Of a DNA stretch of 64,000 bases, positions 1 through 10,029 are shown piece after piece. The notes below the pieces were generated by a model that had not been told where the DNA came from, made no database searches, and was given only the letters and a program-made list of their open reading frames with translations. A program made the translations under genes and the position numbers. Each line of letters opens with the position of its first letter. The stretch's first letter is position 1. The stretch lies in NCBI GenBank assembly GCA_049190665.1, contig CM110852.1; one strand, 5' to 3'. The DNA is from Lepidogalaxias salamandroides (lineage: Eukaryota).

Positions 1-1139
1 CTGAATGATTAATAAGCTATAAGGATGTTCAAATAAACCTTGTTAAAATACTTGTGAGAGTGTGGGAGTCAGTCGTTGGACTCGGGGGGGCTGGGTGAGG
101 CTGCACACCTGTGGGCCAATCTGCAATCAGGCCCACAGGCTTAAACCAGCCACCTCCACACACACTCGAGGCTGAGCCCTGTCCGGATAGTACGTACCAC
201 CTGCTCACTCATTCAACATTCATTTGGGCAATAAACCGGTTTCAACATCGCCCTGAGTCCTGTCGTCAGGGAGAGGCCCTGTAGCCACCATGTGCCTGTT
301 CATTTGGTGGCTGTGGCAAGGGGTACGTCACAATACTGTTGATCTTTTCAGACTTTATACCTCAAATGGCCGTCAAACTGGTGCATAATCAATGGGTGTG
401 ATCTTATAGGCCCAGGGGTTCAAACGTGATCCGGTCACATTCTGGCTATTGGATTAAATCCTGAAACTGGATCAGGTCATCAAATCCTAGCTGTAATCTG
501 GATCAAATCTTCAAAATGCATAGTTCAAATGTACAACATTATATATAATATAATTAATTATAAAAGAAATCTGAATATAAATAAGATGTCATAAGTGTCT
601 TCACAAAATTAATAAACACAACATTGATCACTCATTAATCAAACATGACCACTTGTCCATCTGTAACCCACATTCAACTTGTCAAAAGTCGTTTTTAATT
701 GACTTCTTAAATGGCGTTAAATGTGTATAATGCCACAGTATTCCTGATGTTGTTCTGTACATCCAGCAGGTGGCGCTATGTGGGCTTATGGACAGCCCGA
801 CCCGAACATGCATCACTGCAAACACACTCGTCTATAATACTCATCTATATCCCATGTCTTTTGAACCCTTAAACATCTTCCCGTCGTGTGGTGGTTCAGT
901 ATAGCATGCGTACAATAGTGTTGCAGGGTTCCTAACTTTAAAAACTCTATTTGACTCTTGCTGTGAACCCAGTATGGTGAATGTGTGCACAAACTTAAAC
1001 GAACAGTGTTCTCCTGCTGCACATCTGGAAAGGTTGCGTCACTGAGCAGGGCTCTGGGAACCGGACCAGAGCCCTGCTGCCAGGGTTGGGCCCAGCAGGG
1101 GGGGTCTTATGTAAGGAGAAGCTCTTCAGTCTGCCGGGG

Positions 1140-1600
1140 TTCTGCGTGGTTATATACATGCTGGAAAACCCATCCCTATGTTAATGGGATGGGTTCTGCA
1201 TGGTTCTATACATACTGTAGTAGAACCCATCCCTATTTTAATGGGATGGGTTCTGCGTGGTTATATACATGCTGGAAAACCCATCCCTATGTTAATGGGA
1301 TGGGTTCTGCATGGTTCTATACATACTGTAGTAGAACCCATCCCTATTTTAATGGGATGGGTTCTACGTGGTTCTATACATGCTGGAGAGCCCATCCCTA
1401 TTTTAATGGGATGGGTCCTACATGGTTCTATACATGCTGGAAAACCCATCCCTATTTTAATGTGATGGGTTCTGCATGGTTCTATACATGCTGTAGTAGA
1501 ACCCATCCCTATTTTAATGGGATGGGTTCTGCATGGTTCTATACATGCTGTAGTAGAACCCATCCCTATTTTAATGGGATGGGATGGATGACTGGACTTT
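1140..1600. repeat. Minisatellite, ~60 bp unit x ~8 (copy 2 at 13143..13545, ~7 units)
   Basis: Tandem units of the form ctgcRtggttMtatacatRctg...cccatccctatKttaatgggatgggtt. Each unit contains a palindromic core (cccatccc-tattttaat-gggatggg). The ORF-track ORFs 985..1623, 1178..1465 and 1261..1605 are artefacts of this repeat. Confidence 0.9.
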
Positions 1601-1849
1601 TGCATACTTGCTTACTTACATAACGTAGGAAATGGTGTTGTTAAGGTAATACGCAGGTACAAGGTATGGTTGGTGTGAAGGCTGGACCCTCCTGCATGAA
1701 TTGGTGATTTAATCCTTCATTCAGTTTGTAAGTGATGCAGGTGGGAAATAATCCAAATGCCTTTGGAATGATGGGCTGATAGGCAGACAAATGAAAGAGA
1801 GGACTGGACTAATTGATCATATTTAATTGGCCTATAAGTTACTCACTTA

Positions 1850-2255
1850 TAGGCAGTGGTAGACAGTAACAAAGTACATTTACTTGAGTACTGTACTTAA
1901 GTACATTTTATTTATATTGTACTTTAGACTCCACTACATTTGCGCCGGATAAGCGCGTGACACAGGCGGACGCGCCCAGCCTCACGTAAACAAACCGAGC
2001 AGTCGGGACAGCAGGTTGATAATAATGATAAATGCATGCTCCCTGCATGTTCAAAGAATTGCTACAAGACATCGGAGAGTCTCAGTATTCTCTGGTAATC
2101 GACCAAAGCACCGACGTGGCCGCAGTAAAACAGTTGTGTGCTGTAGTACGTTACTTTAGCGTCTCATTGAACAAGATTGTTTCAACTTTTTTGGGCTCAG
2201 TCGATATGCAGTATAGGCCTACTCATTCTCTCTCTCTCACTCTAACCCCCCCCCC

Positions 2256-2295
<40 letters not shown>

Positions 2296-2960
2296 ATGTA
2301 ACTCAACAAATGTAACTCGTATTAATTATGTTTATCTATATTTGTTTCCATCTTTTGCTGGCAGGGAAAGAGGAGAAGCAAGAGATGCTGACAGTACTAC
2401 AACTGACAGAGACAGACACCAAGAGACAACAGAGACAGACAGGGCGCCTGGCCAATCATAGCGCTTAAGGGCGGGGCTTGTCCAGAAGCGCGGCGCAATC
2501 CATAATAACGCGGGACGGATCCTGGCAAAATGGCGGCTCGCCCATAATGCAACGCGGTGAAAGTCAGCTTCTGAAGCGCGATAACAACTTAACGTCAATG
2601 TTTTTGAATTCAATAAAACCTAGAGGGCTTATTTAGTTGTTGGAGTTAGACAGCTGGACCCTCCTGCATGAATTGGTGATTCAATCCTTCATTCAAAAAT
2701 AAATGCCACGAATATACAGTTTGTAAGTGATTATGCATATCGTGTGAATTAAATGATCATGTATGGCATAATCACATCCATCAAATTGCCAGGGATGGGA
2801 AGTAACGAAGTACAAGTACTTTGTTACAGTACTAAATCGATTTTTCAGTACTTTTGTACTTTTTGGAGTACTTATTTTTCGGACTACTTTGTACTTTTAC
2901 GAAGTACATTTGAACACAAATACTGGTACTTTCTACTCGTTACATTTTCAAAACAAAACA
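1850..2960. mobile_element. Degraded hAT-family element remnant (copy 2 at ~13800..14910)
   Basis: End-like sequences CAGTGGTAGACAGTAACAAAGTAC (1850) and CAGGGATGGGAAGTAACGAAGTACAAGTACTTTGTTAC (2796) resemble the TIR of the intact Tol2-like element at 7843. ORF 2032..2220 encodes ...LVIDQSTDVAAVKQLCAVVRYF..., which matches the conserved hAT transposase motif (xDESTDxSxxEQLxxxxRY). It is flanked by ~70 bp direct repeats at 1679-1745 and 2652-2735. Confidence 0.6.
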
Positions 2961-2982
2961 AAAAAGTCAAAAGTAAGCGGCC

Positions 2983-2988
2983 ACGTGA
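2983..2988. promoter_or_regulatory. Canonical E-box CACGTG ~160 bp upstream of the putative ATG of the coiled-coil gene
   Basis: ggccACGTGac sits in a GC-rich stretch with no TATA box. The paralogous copy is at 14935..14940. Confidence 0.3.
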
Positions 2989-3143
2989 CAGACCCAACGT
3001 TCTATTGACTGGTCTCCACGCGACTCGCAGCGGAATTGCACGAACTTGAACAGACGAGACGAACAAGAAAAGTTAAAACACGACGCACTTGGATTTTGTA
3101 CGATTTTTTAACTACGGCAAGCGACTGGAAATCTCCCGTCATC

Positions 3144-3152
3144 ATGAACCTG
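3144..3152 (+). CDS. Putative first coding exon (M-N-L) of the unrecognised coiled-coil gene, copy 1
   Basis: catcATGaacctg|gtgag: the ATG has a reasonable context and is followed by a GTGAG donor. It joins in phase 0 to the acceptor cacacag| at 3623. This is the weakest part of the model. Confidence 0.3.
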
Positions 3153-3623
3153 GTGAGATTCAGCATTTTCTGTCGGCAAATATCGTGTTTTTACAAAAAA
3201 AATGCCGTTTCTGATGTTTGTTTTTGAGTCGCACCAATCATGATACGCTTTGTGAGTTCATGCTTGTTTAACGAAATATATCAACTACGAAATTAAAATG
3301 TGTGGTCTAAAGAGATCCAGGAGAGGGCGCTGTGGCGCAGGTTAAACACGTTTGCTTTCTGTAAACATGTTCAACAATCCCAAAGCAGACGTGTACGCCT
3401 GTAATGAAGATTGTAATATGAAAGGCCCTCTTTGCCTTCACATTTATTTCATGTAGAATGTGACTTTGAATGATTGGTTTTTAATACAAGTAACCTATTA
3501 AACGATAATGAAATGCCACCCATGGTTAATTCTGTAACACACCTGATCTCTAACCATGAATACATGAGAGAATAAAATGCTTTGGAGTTGGTCTTGAGTG
3601 CCCTCTCTTGGTATCCCACACAG

Positions 3624-3965
3624 GAGTGTGTGCCCCTGCCACCCTGCACCACAGACGGCCCTGATGCTGGCTCCCCTGGCCCCAGCCAGCCCTCCTCGCC
3701 CTCCCTCCCCCTGGTTCAGGGTCACGTAGACCCGCTCCTCCACGCTCCCTCCGCGCCTACACCGGCTACTCCCGGGAGAGTTTCCAGAAGGAAGCGGGTT
3801 CGGCCCCAGCGTTTCCGGGACCCGGGCGATGAGCCGAGCACCGGCATCTCGGCCGTGCCCCCGATCTCGCGGCCGGCCAGCCCTCAGGGAGGCGGAGAGG
3901 AGGGGTCCTGGAGCCCTTCTGACCCCTTCTTTTCCCAGCTAGAGGACTCCTCTCTGGCGGCTGAG
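3624..3965 (+). CDS. Coiled-coil gene exon A (Pro/Ser-rich: ECVPLPPCTTDGPDAGSPGPSQPSSPS...FSQLEDSSLAAE)
   Basis: Acceptor cacacag|GAG. Long open frame (ORF 3582..4028). Donor GAG|gtacag at 3966, ending in phase 0. Conserved in copy 2 (15576..15917) with only a few substitutions. Confidence 0.55.
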
Positions 3966-4085
3966 GTACAGTTTAAGGTCCACCTAATAGCTGGCTGCTG
4001 TTCCTTCCTGCTGCTTGCGTTCCTATAGCGTTGACCCGTCCGCCCCCTCTGTCGTCCTTTCTGTGTGTCTCTCTCTGTCTGTCAG

Positions 4086-4544
4086 ACTCAGGAGAGGAGG
4101 CTGAGGGAGATGGTGCAGGAGCAGCGTCTGGCTGCCCTGAAGGAGCAGCATCTGGCTGCCCTGGAGGAGCCGCTGGAGGAACGCTACCTCCGCAACGCTG
4201 CCGTCTTGCCGGACTGGCGCCCCCGCCGGACCTCCTCCCTGGCCCCACGCGACTCGGGGTCTGGGGTCTCGACGGCTGCGGAGGAGCCCCTGAGGATCCA
4301 CGGCCTCGCGGTGGAGGAGTACCAGAGCCTCTACCACTCCGTGGTGGACCCCCTGCTGGTCACTACCAACGGCAAGCCCCGGAAGTACTCCCTGGACCTG
4401 GGCCGCAGGATCAAGGAGCAGCTGTTCCGGGCTCTCTACTGCCCCGGGGACCAGTCGGTCGCCGTGAGCATCCCGCAGTTTGACCTGGACGTCAGCGGTG
4501 AGCCTAGTTGCTCGCCACCCGCTGCGAAGAGGCACCGGTGCTGA
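4086..4544 (+). CDS. Coiled-coil gene exon or module B (TQERRLREMVQEQRLAALKEQHLAALEE...RKYSLDLGRRIKEQLFRALYCPGDQ...KRHRC*)
   Basis: Acceptor tctgtctgtcag|ACT in phase 0, matching exon A. The frame is open to TGA at 4542-4544. A retained donor-like ctgag|gtacag lies 12 nt downstream. An alternative internal donor AGCG|gtgagc is at 4498. No family was recognised. Confidence 0.5.
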   Translation, partial: TQERRLREMVQEQRLAALKEQHLAALEEPLEERYLRNAAVLPDWRPRRTSSLAPRDSGSGVSTAAEEPLRIHGLAVEEYQSLYHSVVDPLLVTTNGKPRKYSLDLGRRIKEQLFRALYCPGDQSVAVSIPQFDLDVSGEPSCSPPAAKRHRC

Positions 4545-4675
4545 GCTCCGCCTGAGGTACAGAATGAGGTCCACCTAATAGCTGGCTGCTGTTCTTTCCT
4601 GCTGCTTCCGTTCCTATAGCGTTGACCCGTCCATGCCTCTGTCATCCCTTCTGTGTGTGTCTCTCGCTCTGTCAG

Positions 4676-4954
4676 GCTCAGGAGAGGAGGAGGAGGGAGG
4701 TGGAGCAGCGTCTGGCTGTCCTACCGGAGCAGCGTCTGGCTGCCCTGCAGGAGGAGTGTCTGGCTGTCCTACAGGAGCAGCGTCTGGCTGCCCTGCAGGA
4801 GGAGTGTCTGGCTGTCCTACAGGAGCAGCGTCTGGCTGTCCTGCAGGAGGAGTGTCTGGCTGTCCTGCAGGAGGAGCGTCTGGCTTCCCTGGAGAAAAGC
4901 TACCTCCACAACGCCGCTGTCTTGGCCGAGGTGCCGGTGCTGAGTTCCGCCTGA
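4676..4954 (+). CDS. Module C: a second 'intron plus terminal exon' copy, with QEQRLAALQEECLAVL 48-bp in-frame repeats
   Basis: A 118-bp intron-like sequence (gtacag...aatagctggctgc...gttcctatagcgttgacccgtcc...tctgtcag|) is followed by GCTCAGGAGAGGAGG... in phase 0 relative to exon A's donor. It ends in TGA (4952-4954) overlapping the retained donor cctgag|gtacag. Confidence 0.4.
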   Translation, partial: AQERRRREVEQRLAVLPEQRLAALQEECLAVLQEQRLAALQEECLAVLQEQRLAVLQEECLAVLQEERLASLEKSYLHNAAVLAEVPVLSSA

Positions 4955-5076
4955 GGTACAGTATAAGGTTCACCTAATAGCTGGCTGCAGTTCTTTCCTG
5001 CTGCTTCCGTTCCTATAGCGTTGACCCGTCCACGCCTCTGTCATCCCTTCCGTGTGTGTCTCTCTATCTCTGTCAG

Positions 5077-5256
5077 GCTCAGGAGAGGAGGTGGAGGGAG
5101 GTGGTGCAGGAGCAGCATCTGGTTTTCCTACAGGAGCAGCGTCTGGCTGCCCTGCAGGAGCAGCGTCTGGCTGCCCTGCAGGAGGAGTGTCTGGCTGCCC
5201 TTGAGAAACGCTACCTCCGCAACGCCGCTGTCAAGACGGAGCTGAGCTCCACCTAA
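5077..5256 (+). CDS. Module D: a third terminal-exon copy (AQERRWREVVQEQHLVFLQEQRLAALQEQRLAAL...KRYLRNAAVKTELSST*)
   Basis: Same acceptor module, ctctgtcag|GCTCAGGAG, in phase 0. It ends in TAA at 5254-5256. The downstream donor has been lost (gccagg). Confidence 0.35.
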   Translation, partial: AQERRWREVVQEQHLVFLQEQRLAALQEQRLAALQEECLAALEKRYLRNAAVKTELSST

Positions 5257-5524
5257 GGCCAGGCTGCTTTGTACATAACTGTATATAATAGTAATAGATG
5301 TATAACATGATAATAGCATAGTAGTATTTTTAAGACGTATTGAACAATTTAAGTGAGTTTGTTTTATTCCCCCTAAAATCCAAACAAAAAACAATATAAA
5401 AATACACAAAAACCTCAAAAAAACATGAATTATTTATTGTCAAATGTAATTTTGTGTTTTTAACAGTATAGTCGTTAAGCTTGTTTTACAGTGGACTGGC
5501 CAGGTCTGTGTTTCTTGTCTTCAG

Positions 5525-5940
5525 GTTGGCTGATCCATCATTTACCAAAGAGGAGAAGACGGATGGAGACGAAGAGAGACGAAGAGGGAGAGATGCACAG
5601 CGATACAAGGAGAGCCCAAGACAGATGGAGATGAAGACAGCCCCAGGAGGAGAGAGATCAAGAGAAAGAGCTTCTCTAAGGTACACATGTGAAACACTGC
5701 AAAATAAGCTGCACACTGTTGTCTACTGTTGTGACAGTGCATGCTCAGTTCCTTATCTCCCTCCATCAGGCTCAGGAGAGGGGGAGGAGCAGGGTGGAGC
5801 AAGAGGAGAACCAAGAACACAGCCGCACCCCACCACCTGATGCTTCTGCTGCCGCCAGATGACCGCCACATCATGACCGGCCCAGAACACCACCGCCTCT
5901 CATTCATTTACACCCGTCACTGTGTCCAATAAAGTCACAC
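5525..5940 (+). other. Two putative 3' exons or 3'UTR of the coiled-coil gene, with the polyA signal
   Basis: The first exon runs from ttgtcttcag|GTTGGCTG... to ...ctctaag|gtacac (5525..5680) and is K/E/R-rich. The second runs from ctccatcag|GCTCAGGAGAGGGGG (5770) to AATAAA at 5928-5933. The same arrangement is present in copy 2 at 17830..18258. Confidence 0.35.
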
Positions 5941-6759
5941 ACATTGGCACACATTTCTGATTGTTGGATATTTTTTACCTCGTTTTTGGCACTGTATGAT
6001 GTGTGGTGGGGTGTGTGTGTGTGTGTGTGTATGTTGACACTTCATCCACTACCAGTGTGTTGCACCCACCTGGGTGATGCATGGCAGCCATTATGCCATT
6101 ACTCATGCCCCGTTTGGCCTAGAGTCATGAAACTTTGCACACATATGCCCCTCCTCACGAGGAACAAATTTGCCTCAAGAACCCATATATTCCGGTTACT
6201 TAGATTTTCCGCCATTTTGAATTTTGTGAAAAACACTTAAAATCTATCTCCTCCTCTATTGAGCAATCTGTATGAAACTTGGCAGACGCAATCTAGGGAC
6301 CGATATCTACAGTTCTGATTCGGCAAAAGTTTGAAAAGTCGAAAAACGGAGCCGCTATGAGCCAATGAAGATTGCGGAGGGCGTGGCTTTTCACAAAGGT
6401 GTATAACTTCTGAACGATTGGACTGAACACCACAACACTTTGTAGGCATGTCATCATACATAACCGGAGGCTAACCCTCCATGATTGGCCAAATCAAACA
6501 AAATGGGGGCGCTAGAGAGCTCATTTCCGGTTTAGGCCTAACCGCGATGCCAATTTTTCCGAAACTTTGTACAGCGGTAGAAGGGCATGCCTAGTGGCCA
6601 ATGGATAAAGATGAAGCTGATTAGCCACAGGGTGGCGCTATAACAAGGTAAAAGGCTTGAAAGTGGCTACATTTCAAACAGGCATATCTCATGCCACATT
6701 TAAACTAAATTCATGACATTTTGCACTTAAATGCTATGGCTTATTGTGCAAACTGCTCG

Positions 6760-7188
6760 TGGCTTGGCCCCCGCATTGCTGCTTGCAGCTATATTATTAT
6801 TATTATAATTGTTAGACAACAGAAATAGGCTTATAGGCTACTTTAGGACTGTATCACAAGGAGTATCATAAGCCATAGCCCCCATGGGTAATTTTTTTGA
6901 CTGTTTGATAATAATAATAATACATTTTATTTGTAATGCACTTTTCATCACAGGATCTCAGAGTGCTACAAGTTAAAAGCATAGCATGGTTAAAATCATA
7001 GTATGGTTAAAAGCATAGTATACATAGTTAACATATATGTATAGTATTATATAGTTATATTATTATTAGAATTGTTAGACAAGAGACAAAAATAGGCTTA
7101 TAGGCTACTTTAGGACTGTGCCACTTAAGGAGTATCATAGCCTTACCCCCATGGGTAATGTTTTAGACTGTTTGATAATAATAATAAT

Positions 7189-7256
<68 letters not shown>

Positions 7257-7270
7257 ATTTTTATTTGTAA
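6760..7270. repeat. ~220 bp tandem duplication ending in a long (TAA/ATT)n microsatellite (7180-7255)
   Basis: 6790-6960 and 7050-7270 share attgttagacaaNagaMaaataggcttataggctactttaggactgt...cccatgggtaat...gactgtttgataataataat. Uninterrupted (ATT)n runs follow. The minus ORFs 7143..7340 (poly-L) and 7190..7528 (poly-Y) are artefacts. Confidence 0.85.
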
Positions 7271-7329
7271 TGTACGTTTGTGGATTTTGACGGGTTCTGT
7301 TGCCACTAGCAACAAGGTACCCACCCCGA

Positions 7330-7470
7330 ATAGCGTCCAATCAGAAGTCCGCACGGGTTTCCGTCGGCCAATGAAATGCGTCGTCGACGTGATGGACGTG
7401 TGGTCCAGCCAGTAGGACTCGTCCTCTCTGTGGTATAAAGCGGTGTAGGAACCGTTGGAGCCAGAGTGAG
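7330..7470 (+). promoter_or_regulatory. Beta-tubulin promoter, with CCAAT boxes and a TATA box
   Basis: ccaatcag at 7337; ggccaatga at 7367; TATAAA at 7433-7438 within tggtataaagcgg, about 90 bp upstream of the ATG at 7527. Confidence 0.7.
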
Positions 7471-7526
7471 CGCGAAGGACTCGGCGGTATATTAATAATA
7501 ATAATCCAAATAATAAAATCATCAAC

Positions 7527-7583
7527 ATGAGGGAAATCGTCCATTTACAGGCTGGCCAATGTGGAAACCAGATCGGAGCGAAG
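7527..7583 (+). CDS. tubb4b: Beta-tubulin exon 1 (MREIVHLQAGQCGNQIGAK)
   Basis: The invariant beta-tubulin N-terminus. Donor AAG|gtgaaa. 57 nt, matching the conserved exon-1 size in vertebrate TUBB genes. Confidence 0.95.
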
Positions 7584-7701
7584 GTGAAACGCTTTACTTT
7601 CCTTCAAGTTGATTTAATAGATGAATGTGTTTTAAAGCTAACGCTAACTAGCTTCAGACAGCTTGGCGGCTAACTACATTTCCCATGATGCATCATTCCA
7701 G

Positions 7702-7810
7702 TTCTGGGAGGTGATCAGCGACGAACACGGGATCGACCCTACCGGGACCTACCATGGGGACAGCGACCTGCAACTGCAGAGAATCAACGTGTACTACAAC
7801 GAAGCTACAG
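7702..7810 (+). CDS. tubb4b: Beta-tubulin exon 2 ([36 protein letters not shown]-)
   Basis: Acceptor cattccag|TTC, donor ACAG|gtgtag. 109 nt, the conserved exon size. Confidence 0.95.
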
Positions 7811-7842
7811 GTGTAGGACTCATCACTACACACATGTAGGAC

Positions 7843-8919
7843 CAGAGGTGTCAAAAGTATTCACATTCATTACTCAAGTAGAAGTATAGATATTAGGGTT
7901 TAAAAAGACTTCTGTAGAAGTTGAAGTATCAACTCAAGCTTTTTACTCAAGTAAAAGTATAAAAGTACTGGTTTCAAAACTACTTAAAGTATAAAAGTAA
8001 AAGTAATGTAAGGGAAAGAAATGCCATTAAGGACAAAAGCTTAAGCTGCGCCACAGGGGCCTATGTGCACTACCACACCTCCCCAAAAAACATGTTTCTA
8101 AAGGCCATAATGACTATAATGTTATATTAAAATGTTAATGTTAATTTGGGATGCACCTGTTTCAGCCACATATATGCCCATTGAAAATGAAGCACTTTAG
8201 AACAATGCAAATACATTAAAGAACCATACTACTGAGCATTATTAACATGTGTTTCATGGAGCAGAAGATATGATGACTAGTTGCCCATAAATATTGTAAT
8301 GGTGCAAAAAGTCAAACTTCAGAGGCATGTTATCAATAGCCTTTATTGGAATGTCAATGTAGAAACAATTACCCTTGTATGGTTGTCTATATACAGTATA
8401 CATTCGTGCTGTCAAAATGAATGATTAATCCAAGTGATTAATACAAAATTAAAATAACCCTGATTGATACCTTCCTGGTATGAGTCTCTGCCTCAGACAT
8501 CTTCATATTACGTCTGCTATGTCCTTGCTGGAGTGTGATGTGATTTGTGTCACGTGCAGGTGCGATGGATCGCGTACAAACCAATAGGGTGTCGGAATGG
8601 TAGATGTTTATACTTCTCATCCAACCACACTCAAATTCACTCTATCCGGATAGCGGGATTTATCTGGATAGGTTGTTTTTTTGTGTGTGTTTTTTTTTAA
8701 CAATGACAAGCCGTAATGAAAACAAGCCGAAATGAAATAGGAGTAACGAGGCTATTTTTAAAATGTAAGGAGTAGAAAGTACAGATCATTGCGTTAAAAT
8801 GTAAGGAGTAGAAGTAAAAAGTAGGCTGAAAAATAATTACTCCAGTAAAGCATAGATACTCAAAAATTCTACTTAAGTAAGGTAACAAAGTATTTGTACT
8901 TCGTTACTTGACACCTCTG
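7843..8919. mobile_element. Tol2-like hAT non-autonomous element (1077 bp) in tubulin intron 2
   Basis: TIRs CAGAGGTGTCAAAAGTA... (7843) and ...TACTTGACACCTCTG (8919); compare the Tol2 terminus CAGAGGTGTAAAGTACTTGAGTAA. Perfect 8-bp target-site duplication TGTAGGAC at 7835-7842 and 8920-8927. Internal AGTACTTGAGTAAAAG-type subterminal repeats. No transposase ORF is present. Confidence 0.85.
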
Positions 8920-9278
8920 TGTAGGACTCATTACTACACACATGTAGGCCTCGTCTTTTATCCATCAACTAGCGTGGTGACCTTAACTTGAATTGTCTTG
9001 GCCTTATTTCAAATATTTCTAAATTCTTTATTTTCCTAATTGCTTCGAAATTAACATTAAAAGGCAACTGTATAAGATGGTAAACATTTACAAATGGCTT
9101 CTAAACGGACAAAATAAAGATTTAACATAAATATGCGTAGATGCATCAGAATATACTTGTAGATATTTCTTATTTGCCATCTCCTGCCTCTTCTAGAGGC
9201 AAACGAACGGTAAACTCGGCACCCGATGCACATCCCCGACTCTAACACGACATCGAAACGTCCCTGTGTTTGTTTTAA

Positions 9279-9431
<153 letters not shown>

Positions 9432-9689
9432 TGATGTCATTACCCTGGATTATTGTGTCTTTTTATTTACCTTTTAGTTCTCCAGCTGTTGTGATGATGC
9501 TGTTGCAACATATTAAAGGTTATCTTTAGGCTTTTTCTAAACTTCTATAGATTTGCTTCCTTAAGCTTCATAGAATCACACTTGGATTTAGTGAAAGTTC
9601 TCAACTCCTGTCCTACACACAGTGATGCACTCTTCTAGTTTCTGAATCACCCCTCGCTCTATGTTCACTCTGGGCTCGTTTGCTGGTGA

Positions 9690-9962
<273 letters not shown>

Positions 9963-10029
9963 TGACGGGTCAGTGTCCCGTGTGTGGTTTGTGTCCTTCG
10001 ACCGCGTCACATCTCCCTTCGCCCTCCAG

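Larger units (their letters stand above)
1..5990. repeat. Segmental duplication, copy 1 of a ~6 kb block (paralog of 12003..~18300)
   Basis: Window position 1 aligns with 12003. Long stretches look identical by eye (e.g. 1-1140 vs 12003-13142). ORF-track pairs map at a near-constant offset of ~11950-12003 bp: 813..1022/12816..13025, 2032..2301/13981..14265, 3582..4028/15534..15980 and 4065..4544/16017..16496. Homology ends at about 5990 / 18300. Confidence 0.9.

Noticed and set aside
985-1623. ORF-track ORFs 985..1623(+), 1178..1465(+) and 1261..1605(-), and their copies 12988..13572 and 13153..13554, with repetitive WFYTC/HPYFNGMG peptides
   Set aside because: All three frames and both strands are open only because of the 60-bp minisatellite. 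The periodic peptides are a repeat artefact, not a gene.
3036-3227. Upstream in-frame start MHELEQTRR... for the coiled-coil gene
   Set aside because: That ORF starts at TTG, not ATG (aattgcacg); the M comes from the bacterial start-codon table. The first ATG in a plausible context is at 3144.
4023-4574. Minus-strand and alternative-frame ORFs overlapping the coiled-coil exons (4023..4574-, 4031..4483+, 3973..4248-, 4614..4973-, 4633..4977+, 4653..4943+, and equivalents in copy 2)
   Set aside because: GC-rich, CAG/CTG-type repeats keep several frames open. Only the + frame continuous with the splice-module structure is supported. The others are Gly, Pro or Arg low-complexity read-throughs.
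7190-7528. Minus ORFs with poly-Tyr and poly-Leu tails (7190..7528, 7143..7340)
   Set aside because: Translation of the (ATT/TAA)n microsatellite. They lie in the tubulin promoter-proximal region on the wrong strand.
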